Source: an uncultured Chitinophagaceae bacterium (GTDB lineage: Bacteria > Bacteroidota > Bacteroidia > Chitinophagales > Chitinophagaceae). From it: a stretch of 64,000 nt of DNA. The stretch is taken from positions 2,168,094 to 2,232,093 of the forward strand of contig OY970066.1 in assembly GCA_963705285.1 (NCBI GenBank), given 5' to 3'. The notes beneath the pieces were generated by a model. It had not been told where the DNA came from, did not search any database, and saw only the letters and a program-made list of their open reading frames with translations. Positions 56,854-64,000 of the stretch are shown here, piece after piece (position 1 is the stretch's first letter; the number at the start of each line of letters is the position of its first letter). A program made the position numbers and the translations under genes.

Positions 56854-57573
56854 ATGAAAAAAATCAGCCTTTTCCTTTTTGCAAGCCTGGTGGCGGTGTT
56901 TTCTTTTGCGCAGGATAAAATTATTAATGATCCCAATGCCGAAGCCAGAACAGTAAGCGGCTTTCATGGTATTAAAATATCAAATGGTATAGACCTAATC
57001 ATTAAACAGGGCAGTACAGAAGCCGTGGCAGTGAGCGCTTCTACCAACGAATACCGCGATAATATAAAGACCGAAGTAGTGGGTGGCGTACTGAAAATTT
57101 ATTTTGATACCAAATGGTATAAGAACTGGACGTCGAACGGTAAGAAATTAAAGGCCTATGTTTCTTTTAAGCAACTTGATTTGATTGATGGCTCGTCCGG
57201 ATCATACACCACCGTGGATGGCGGTTTTACAGGTACCAATGTAAGAATTGAATTGTCTTCGGGCGCGGGTTTTAAAGGCGCAGTAGAAGCAAACAGTATA
57301 ACGGTGGATGGTTCGAGCGGAGCAACCGCCCGCATTAGCGGCAAGGCACAAACAGCCAGCCTGGAGGCCAGTAGCGGTGCGGGTGTTTATGGTTATGAGC
57401 TGGTGAGCGATAAATGTGATGCGGATGCCAGCAGCGGCGGCGCTATTGAAGTAAGTGTTAGCAAGGAATTATCTGCGGAAGCCAGCAGTGGCGGAGATAT
57501 CCGTTATAAAGGTAACGGTGTTATTACCAAAGTATCTACCGGCAGCGGCGGCAGTGTAAAGAAAAACGGGTAA
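56854..57573 (+). CDS. DUF2807 / head-GIN-domain (putative auto-transporter adhesin head) lipoprotein-like protein
   Basis: The ATG at 56854 gives the signal peptide MKKISLFLFASLVAVFSFAQ. Repeated beta-helix-like SSGA/SSGG segments, ending GSGGSVKKNG. Confidence 0.6.
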   Translation: MKKISLFLFASLVAVFSFAQDKIINDPNAEARTVSGFHGIKISNGIDLIIKQGSTEAVAVSASTNEYRDNIKTEVVGGVLKIYFDTKWYKNWTSNGKKLKAYVSFKQLDLIDGSSGSYTTVDGGFTGTNVRIELSSGAGFKGAVEANSITVDGSSGATARISGKAQTASLEASSGAGVYGYELVSDKCDADASSGGAIEVSVSKELSAEASSGGDIRYKGNGVITKVSTGSGGSVKKNG

Positions 57574-57772
57574 AATTGCTGATCTCGGATTTTAATTGCT
57601 GATTGCTGATTTTGAGATTTATAGATTGGCTGCGCAGGATTAGGTCTGTCCACGAACTTTAAAAATGTAAAACATCTTATTTCTAAAATACCGCGAAGTC
57701 TAAATACTAGATACTAAATACTAAATACTTTTAAAATCCGCGAAGTCTAAATACTAAATACTAAATACTATC

Positions 57773-58483
57773 ATGAAAAAAATATTTGCCGGCTTGTTAC
57801 TCATGGCCACTGTGTTGTTTGCAAGTGCGCAAACTATTGTAAACGATGCTAATGCGGAAACAAGAGAGATAGGCAGTTTTACGGGCATCAGCGTGTCAAG
57901 TGCCATCGATTTATACCTCACGCAGGGTACCGACGAAGCCATTGCGGTTAGCGCTACCGAAACAAAATACCGCGACCGTATCAGAACAGAAGTAAGAGAC
58001 GGAATACTCACCATCTGGTACGATAGCGAGGGGATGCACTGGCCCAGCGGTAATAAAAAACTAAAAGCCTATGTGTCGTTCCGCAACATCAATAAATTAA
58101 AAGCATCGGGTGCCAGCGATGTAATCATCAGCGGTACGTTGAAAGCTGCCAGCCTCGACTTGAAACTGGCGGGCGCGAGCGATATGAAAGGTATGGTGGA
58201 GATTGGCACGCTTACGGCCAATATCAGCGGAGCCTCTGATATGATGGTAAAAGGTAAGGTAGAATCTTTGCAGATTGATGCCAGCGGCGCCAGCGATTTA
58301 AAAGATTACGACCTGGTAGTGCAGACCTGCGACGCGCAGGCATCCGGCGCATCTGATATAAAAATTACCGTTGAAAAAGAAATTACGGCTACCGCCAGCG
58401 GCGCCAGTGATATTGTTATAAAAGGAAATGGCGTGTTCAAGAAAATGAGCAAAAGCGGCGCCAGCAGTATTAAAAAGAGTTGA
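57773..58483 (+). CDS. DUF2807 / head-GIN-domain protein (tandem paralogue)
   Basis: 236 aa. Same architecture as the upstream gene (FTGISVSSAIDLYLTQG..., repeated SGASD segments). Confidence 0.6.
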   Translation: MKKIFAGLLLMATVLFASAQTIVNDANAETREIGSFTGISVSSAIDLYLTQGTDEAIAVSATETKYRDRIRTEVRDGILTIWYDSEGMHWPSGNKKLKAYVSFRNINKLKASGASDVIISGTLKAASLDLKLAGASDMKGMVEIGTLTANISGASDMMVKGKVESLQIDASGASDLKDYDLVVQTCDAQASGASDIKITVEKEITATASGASDIVIKGNGVFKKMSKSGASSIKKS

Positions 58484-58505
58484 GCAGCAGTGTTGGTTAT
58501 GCAAG

Positions 58506-58540
58506 AGCCCCGGGTTATCCGGGGCTTTTCTCTTTTTATT
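58506..58540 (+). terminator. rho-independent terminator (AGCCCCGG ... CCGGGGCT + T-rich)
   Basis: 8-bp GC-rich stem, 5-nt loop, then tttctctttttatt. Confidence 0.7.
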
Positions 58541-58582
58541 TGTTTTGGAATAATTTGTCCCGTACATTTGCACCCCATACAT

Positions 58583-58654
<72 letters not shown>

Positions 58655-58662
58655 CGAGAAGA

Positions 58663-58690
58663 AAGCCCACATAACCAGTGGGCTTTTTTA
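58663..58690 (+). terminator. rho-independent terminator after tRNA-fMet (AAGCCCAC ... GTGGGCTT + T6)
   Basis: Perfect stem read directly, followed by ttttttatt. Confidence 0.75.
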
Positions 58691-58820
58691 TTGATATTTT
58701 TGCAGGGAGCGGGTACGGATATGCGGCGGTGCATGGAGAAATAATGGCGGCCGATGGAGTTGTTATTTCTTACGCCTCACGACTGACGACTGACGCCTCG
58801 CAAACCTTAACCATTTTATC

Positions 58821-59693
58821 ATGAAAGCGGGTTTTGTAAACATATTTGGAAAGCCCAACGCGGGTAAAAGCACCTTGCTCAATGCACTCTTGGGCGAGAA
58901 GCTGGCTATCATTTCATCGAAAGTTCAAACTACCCGGCACCGCATCAAAGGCATCCTTACAACCAAAGACTACCAGCTTATCATTTCTGATACACCCGGT
59001 ATCATTGAACCCAAATACAAGCTGCATGAAAAAATGATGACCGCGGTAAAAGAAGCATTGGAAGATGCTGATGTGGCGGTGTTGCTGCACGATCTTACAG
59101 ATAAAGACACCTCAGAATCGCATGACATATTTGCTGCCCTTAAACTGAAGGTACCGGTACTGGTGGTGTGCAATAAGACTGATAAAGTGGGCAAAGAGCG
59201 AACGGAAACAGCATTATCGTTTTTCAAACAGCAATCGTATTGTACTGGTGCCATCGCCATTTCTGCCATTAAAAATCAGCATACAGATGAATTGCTGCAG
59301 CAAATTACAGCACTGCTGCCCGAAGGGCAACCGTTTTTTGCTGAAGACGATATTACAGATTTACCCGTTCGTTTTTTTGTGGGCGAAATGATACGCGAAA
59401 AAATCTATGAGTTGTATGAAGAAGAGATACCGTATCACACCACTGTGCTGGTGCAGGAATTTAAAGAAAAATCTACCCTGGTAAAAATACAGGCAGACAT
59501 TATAGTGCAGCGCGATACACAGAAAGGTATTATTCTGGGCGAAAAAGGACAGGGCATTAAAGCCCTGGGCATGGCGGCGCGTACAGACATAGAAAAATTT
59601 TTGGGGCAAAAAGTATTTTTAGAACTCTTTGTAAAAGTGAAACCCAAATGGAGGGATAATGATATTCACCTGAAGGAATACGGGTATCACTAA
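58821..59693 (+). CDS. era: GTPase Era
   Basis: 290 aa. G1 GKPNAGKST, G3 DTPG, G4 NKTD; C-terminal KH domain (VQRDTQKGIILGEKGQGIK). Confidence 0.95.
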   Translation: MKAGFVNIFGKPNAGKSTLLNALLGEKLAIISSKVQTTRHRIKGILTTKDYQLIISDTPGIIEPKYKLHEKMMTAVKEALEDADVAVLLHDLTDKDTSESHDIFAALKLKVPVLVVCNKTDKVGKERTETALSFFKQQSYCTGAIAISAIKNQHTDELLQQITALLPEGQPFFAEDDITDLPVRFFVGEMIREKIYELYEEEIPYHTTVLVQEFKEKSTLVKIQADIIVQRDTQKGIILGEKGQGIKALGMAARTDIEKFLGQKVFLELFVKVKPKWRDNDIHLKEYGYH

Positions 59694-59796
59694 TACATCA
59701 CGATATGTATTTTAAGAAAGCAGCAGGTTGGTTTGTTTTGTTGATGACAGCATGCAAACAATAGTCAGCGCATTTATTAAACAGTTATAATTTTTT

Positions 59797-61113
59797 ATGA
59801 ACGGATATACAGTAGCCATTGTTGGGCGGCCAAATGTGGGCAAGAGCACTTTTTTTAACCGGATGCTTGAACAGCGCAAAGCCATTGTAGATGATATCAG
59901 TGGCGTTACGCGCGACAGGCAATACGGTGTAACCGACTGGAATGGCAAAGCATTTAATGTTATAGATACCGGCGGTTTTGTACCCGAAAGCCAGGACGTG
60001 TTTGAAAAAGAAATCAAGAAGCAGGTACTGGTGGCGATAGATGAAGCCGATGCGATTGTGTTTGTGGTAGATTGCGCCACCGGTATTACCGAGCTGGATG
60101 AATCTATGGCCAATGTATTGCGCAGGACTTCCAAACCGGTGTACCTGGCAGTAAATAAGGTAGACAACCACGAACGATTGCTGGAAGCATCAGAATTTTA
60201 CAGCCTTGGGTTTGAATTTATATTCTTTCTTTCATCAATGACAGGGAGCGGTACCGGCGAAATACTGGATGCTATTACCGCGGGCATACCTCCAGATGAA
60301 GAAGATGCTTTGAAAGAAGGAGAGGGTTTGCCCAAATTTGCCATCATTGGCCAACCTAATGTGGGCAAATCATCTTTGCTAAACGCTTTGATTGGCGAAG
60401 AAAGAACCATTGTAAGTGATGTGGCCGGTACCACGCGTGATACCATACATACCCATTACAAACTTTTTCAGAAAGAATTTATATTGATAGACACAGCCGG
60501 TGTGCGTAAAAAGACAAAGGTGATGGAAGATCTTGAGTTCTACTCCGTCATCCGCGCCATTAAAGCCATGGATGAGGCGGATGTATGCCTGCTGATGCTG
60601 GATGCCGGTAAGGGCATTACCGCACAGGATATCAATATCTTTAGCCTTGCTGCGCGCAAAGGCAAAGGCGTTGTATTAATTGTAAACAAGTGGGATTTGG
60701 TAGAAAAGCAAACCAACACAGCGCGCGATTATGAAAAAGAATTAAAAGAACGCATTGCACCGTTTTCAGATATTCCTATCTTATTTATTTCAGTACAGGA
60801 AAAACAGCGCATCTTTAAAGTAATAGAGACAGCCCTGGAAGTGTATGAAAACCGCAGTAAAAAAATTCCTACCTCAGAGCTCAATGATGCCATTCAGGAT
60901 GCGGTAAGGCAGTATCATGCGCCGGTGGTGCGTGGTCATGCAATTAGTATAAAATATGTGTCACAGTTGCCCACACCTGTTCCTTCTTTTGCATTTTTCT
61001 GCAATTTTCCGGACGATGTAAAACAGCCGTATAAAAATTATCTTGAAAACCGTTTGCGCGAACGGTTCAACTTTAAAGGCGTACCGGTGCGGTTGTTTTT
61101 CAGGAAGAAATAG
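59797..61113 (+). CDS. der: ribosome biogenesis GTPase Der (EngA), two GTPase domains
   Basis: 438 aa. GRPNVGKST ... DTGG ... NKVD, and GQPNVGKSS ... DTAG ... NKWD. Confidence 0.95.
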   Translation: MNGYTVAIVGRPNVGKSTFFNRMLEQRKAIVDDISGVTRDRQYGVTDWNGKAFNVIDTGGFVPESQDVFEKEIKKQVLVAIDEADAIVFVVDCATGITELDESMANVLRRTSKPVYLAVNKVDNHERLLEASEFYSLGFEFIFFLSSMTGSGTGEILDAITAGIPPDEEDALKEGEGLPKFAIIGQPNVGKSSLLNALIGEERTIVSDVAGTTRDTIHTHYKLFQKEFILIDTAGVRKKTKVMEDLEFYSVIRAIKAMDEADVCLLMLDAGKGITAQDINIFSLAARKGKGVVLIVNKWDLVEKQTNTARDYEKELKERIAPFSDIPILFISVQEKQRIFKVIETALEVYENRSKKIPTSELNDAIQDAVRQYHAPVVRGHAISIKYVSQLPTPVPSFAFFCNFPDDVKQPYKNYLENRLRERFNFKGVPVRLFFRKK

Positions 61114-61210
61114 TTTTTAGTTCATAGTTTTTAGTTCATAGTTTATAGTTCATAGTTTAGAGTTCATAGTTCATAGTTCATAGTTCATAGTTTGTAGTTT
61201 ATAGTTCATG
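61114..61210. repeat. tandem heptamer array (TAGTTCA / TAGTTTN)n
   Basis: tagtttttagttcatagtttttagttcatagtttatagttcatagtttagagttcatagttcatagttcatagttcatagtttgtagtttatagttcatg. Starts at the der stop codon. Confidence 0.85.
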
Positions 61211-61223
61211 CCTCCACGTCTGG

Positions 61224-61438
61224 CGCGACGTCATTGCGAACCGCCAGAATAGACCTTATATTATTAGAGAGTCACGGCGGTGAAGCAATCTCAACATGGC
61301 TTCTGGTCTTGATGTATTTATTGCGCATGATGCGGTTGCACTTTTGTGTAACAGGCTGCTATCCCGGATTCTGGATTGCTTCGCCGCGCAAACCACTAAC
61401 AAATGATCAGCCTGCAAGCGGCTCGCAAAGACGTCGCG
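61224..61438. repeat. about 215-bp nested inverted-repeat element (REP/MITE-like)
   Basis: Outer arms cgcgacgtcattgcgaaccgc (61224-61244) and gcggctcgcaaagacgtcgcg (61418-61438), 19/21 complementary. Inner arms cggcggtgaagcaatc (about 61276-61291) and gattgcttcgccgcg (about 61374-61388). Confidence 0.7.
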
Positions 61439-61639
61439 GATAACTGCTTGGCGTCATTGCAAGGCCGGACCTCGGCTTCCGGCCACGGTGTAACAACGTT
61501 TTAAAAAGAGAAAAAAACGTTTTCCCAACGATGAAATCCCCATGGCCATATTTTTCTTTCCCGCTACCTTGAACATCGGAAATGTATTTCATTTCATATT
61601 GAAGGATACTACACACTTTCCATTTATATAGCACCCATT

Positions 61640-63736
61640 ATGCCTTATTCCTATTCTGAAAAAAAAGGCAGGCTCATGCATTGCCTGCTGATGACATTTG
61701 TATTGTTACTATCTCTGCCACTGGCCAGCCAGGTGAGGTGGGATGGGGAGGGTGGCGACGGCCAGTGGGACAATGCCACCAACTGGACCGGCAATACACT
61801 GCCTTCTATAACCGATGATGTAGTGCTGGACAATAGTTTCGTCTCCGGCAACTACACCGTTACTTTACCTGTTTCCGCAGCTGTTACCATCAGCACCCTG
61901 CACCTTAAACCCGGCGCAGGCAATAGTATACGGTTCGAAATTCCGGCAACCAGCACCATTACACCCGCGTTTACGGTTACTGGTCCGGGTTATGGACTAA
62001 TCATCGACAGCGGCGGTGTTTTTATCAATGCATCGGGCGCTACCAGTTCGTCGGCAATTTCTGTTCGTGACTCGCTTCGCATCAACAATGGCGGACAGTA
62101 CATCCACCGTACAAGAACAACCCATGCCGCCATGGTAACGCTTTTATCAAAACAGCCGGGAACAGAGAACGGAATTTTTACTTTTAACGTACCGGGCGGA
62201 GGCTATACCATTGCTTCAACTAACCGAACGTATGGCACGCTGGTACTCAGCAGCGAAGCCTCCGGCGGTAGTCAGTCGTATGCCACCACCGCTGCCAACC
62301 CTTTTACCATAAACGGCAACCTGGTAATTGAGACCGGTGTTATATGTAACCTCAATGTGAGTGCGCCCACACGTATCAATGGCAACCTTGTGCAGCACGG
62401 TGGCGTATTCAATTTGGCCAGCCAAAGCAACAACAATACCGTGTTTGTGAAAGGCCATTGCCTGCAAACAGGTGGCACTATTACCGAAACGGGCAGTGGA
62501 TTGCCTGCAATAGAGTTCAATGGCAGTATCAACCAGGATGTGCAAATAACTGCTATCAGTAACAGTGTGGCAATGCGGGTAAACAATAGTGCCGGCATCT
62601 CACTCTTAGCTGATCTGTCATTGCCTTACCAGCTGCACCTGGTAGACGGCACCGTAAACAACCCGTCGTTTCTTCTAACTTTACAGGCTGGTTGCACGTT
62701 GGTGGCAGACTCGTTACCCAATAACCGTTTCATCAATGGTGCATTAAAAAAGGAGGGCTTGCTGGGCAATGAGCACTTCCTGTTTCCTGTGGGAAAAGGA
62801 AATAGCAAGCGGTGGATAGCATTGAAAAATAGTACCGGCAGCGTAACTGCAGCATTTTTTAAATCGAACCCAAAAGCACTTGCCACAACGCCTGTCAACG
62901 GCATTCACCATACCTCTTCTATTGAATACTGGTCTGTTTTAGCAGATGCGGTTGCAGCGCCACCAGCAAAAATTGAATTATCATTTGACAATGTAAACAG
63001 CGGCGGCGTTACTGATCTTGCGGCATTGCGGGTAGCCCAGCTGGTAGGCGGCGCATGGACGGAAAGCGGTAATACCGCCACTACTGGTTCTGCAGGCGCA
63101 GCAGGATCGGTGGTTAGTAATGACTTGCCCGCATTCAGCACCATCGATTATTTTACATTGGGTAGTAGTGCAGCGCTGCAAAACGCATTGCCGTTGGAAC
63201 TGGTTTCAATAAACGGAAATATTATTCCAAATGGAGTTATTATTAATTGGGAAATGGCCACATCCTCAAAGCCGCTTAGTTTTTCATTGCAAGCATCTGC
63301 AGACGATAGCCGTTATACAACCATTGCGGAGTTAGCCGCACATGATAACCATACTTTGTATAATTACACAGATAAAAGAGTCTTAACAGGCAAAAGATAT
63401 TACCGGCTACAAATGGTAGATAAAGACAGCGTCATTTCTTACAGTAAAAAAATCAGTGTTGGTGTAAATGTAGTGGCAGATAATACAGCTTTACTTTGGC
63501 CCTCGCCTGTGCGCAGCAATACCACGTTAACAGTGAATTCCCATGTGACCGGTGTAGCCAGGATAACTATTTATACCGTGCAGGGACAATTGGTTCAGGC
63601 AAAAGACGCGTGGTTAACGAAAGGAACTAATCATATTCCCCTGCAACTGGCAACCCTGCACCCGGGAATGTATGTGCTGAAGGTAAACAGCCATGCGCAA
63701 CAGTCTATCAGTATTCAATTTATAAAAATGCCTTAG
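61640..63736 (+). CDS. secreted protein with T9SS type A C-terminal sorting domain
   Basis: 698 aa; an alternative ATG at 61676 gives the cleaner signal peptide MHCLLMTFVLLLSLPLASQ. The C-terminal ~80 aa (LWPSPVRSNTTLTV...GMYVLKVNSHAQQSISIQFIK) matches the Por/T9SS CTD pattern. Confidence 0.75.
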   Translation: MPYSYSEKKGRLMHCLLMTFVLLLSLPLASQVRWDGEGGDGQWDNATNWTGNTLPSITDDVVLDNSFVSGNYTVTLPVSAAVTISTLHLKPGAGNSIRFEIPATSTITPAFTVTGPGYGLIIDSGGVFINASGATSSSAISVRDSLRINNGGQYIHRTRTTHAAMVTLLSKQPGTENGIFTFNVPGGGYTIASTNRTYGTLVLSSEASGGSQSYATTAANPFTINGNLVIETGVICNLNVSAPTRINGNLVQHGGVFNLASQSNNNTVFVKGHCLQTGGTITETGSGLPAIEFNGSINQDVQITAISNSVAMRVNNSAGISLLADLSLPYQLHLVDGTVNNPSFLLTLQAGCTLVADSLPNNRFINGALKKEGLLGNEHFLFPVGKGNSKRWIALKNSTGSVTAAFFKSNPKALATTPVNGIHHTSSIEYWSVLADAVAAPPAKIELSFDNVNSGGVTDLAALRVAQLVGGAWTESGNTATTGSAGAAGSVVSNDLPAFSTIDYFTLGSSAALQNALPLELVSINGNIIPNGVIINWEMATSSKPLSFSLQASADDSRYTTIAELAAHDNHTLYNYTDKRVLTGKRYYRLQMVDKDSVISYSKKISVGVNVVADNTALLWPSPVRSNTTLTVNSHVTGVARITIYTVQGQLVQAKDAWLTKGTNHIPLQLATLHPGMYVLKVNSHAQQSISIQFIKMP

Positions 63737-63755
63737 CAGCAAAATTACTTGACAG

Positions 63756-64000
63756 TTATAGTTTGAAGCGCTTTGTAATGGCCGCTATATCTTTTTTGAA
63801 CGAGACCAGGCTATCCTGCTCCTGTTTAATAAAACCATTGTTTTCAAGACTGCCGGTAACTGTATCCATTTCCTTCCGGTTTGCATACACCATCTTGCGG
63901 AAAGTATTAGTATAGTCTTTAGCACGGCTGTCGTAAATACCTTTCACCATCCATTCTTTGGTATACATGGCCTGCTGCAGCAATTGTTTTAGTGAAGCTG
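63756..64000 (-). CDS. hypothetical protein, C-terminal part (gene continues past the window end)
   Basis: The track ORF 63756..63983 begins with TTG. The frame stays open upstream to nt 64000, so the true start is probably outside the window. Confidence 0.4.
   Translation of the reverse strand, partial: ASLKQLLQQAMYTKEWMVKGIYDSRAKDYTNTFRKMVYANRKEMDTVTGSLENNGFIKQEQDSLVSFKKDIAAITKRFKL

Noticed and set aside
56568-56936. 122-aa minus-strand ORF upstream of the TonB receptor.
   Set aside because: It is fully occupied by the TPP riboswitch leader and overlaps the start of the plus-strand DUF2807 gene. The composition looks non-coding.
61234-61634. 69-aa and 75-aa ORFs between der and the T9SS protein gene.
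   Set aside because: They overlap the nested inverted-repeat element, have no recognisable motif, and overlap each other on opposite strands.

Overview
This 64-kb window looks like a Bacteroidota chromosome. Gene content is Chitinophagaceae-like: a T9SS C-terminal sorting domain, a CarboxypepD_reg-type TonB receptor, large FtsX/MacB permease paralogues and a four-helix-bundle gene. The taxon cannot be verified from the sequence alone.

Layout:
- 1-6.4 kb: miscellaneous genes (serine hydrolase, CPBP protease, XRE regulator, AAA ATPase flanked by 32-bp palindromes).
- 6.6-14.3 kb: glycan-degradation cluster (GH2, GH42 beta-galactosidase, GH29 fucosidase with discoidin domains, frameshifted GlxA/AraC regulator).
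- 14.4 kb: a decayed tRNA-Gln copy.
- 14.7-19.6 kb: two convergent FtsX/MacB-type permeases.
- 19.8-36.8 kb: an accretion island ending at a tandem tRNA-Gln pair, with relics of a serine recombinase and repeated att-like junctions.
- 37-64 kb: housekeeping genes (cphA, efp, accB, accC, ispH, GH13 amylase, HtrA, ferredoxin, ddl, PASTA protein, rhodanese, a TPP-riboswitch-controlled TonB receptor, tRNA-fMet, era, der, a T9SS-secreted protein).

The island carries:
- a winged-helix plus nucleotidyltransferase pair;
- a 1083-aa SF2 helicase with a C-terminal nuclease-like motif;
- a Septu-like ATPase plus HNH pair;
- a tightly overlapping four-gene operon: a MORC-like GHKL ATPase fused to a histidine-kinase core, a receiver protein, a PtuB-like HNH nuclease and an N6-adenine methyltransferase. 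This operon is the most interesting item and my best candidate for an undescribed, phosphorelay-gated defence or R-M-like system.

Intergenic spacers throughout the window are filled with locus-specific 7-, 8- or 14-nt word tandem repeats arranged as inverted arms. There is also an 81-bp x5 tandem array and several nested long inverted repeats. Three genes, including the essential accB, are broken at A-rich tracts, which suggests homopolymer sequencing errors. No CRISPR array, rRNA or intact transposase was seen. All domain calls come from motifs I read in the supplied translations; no database search was run.
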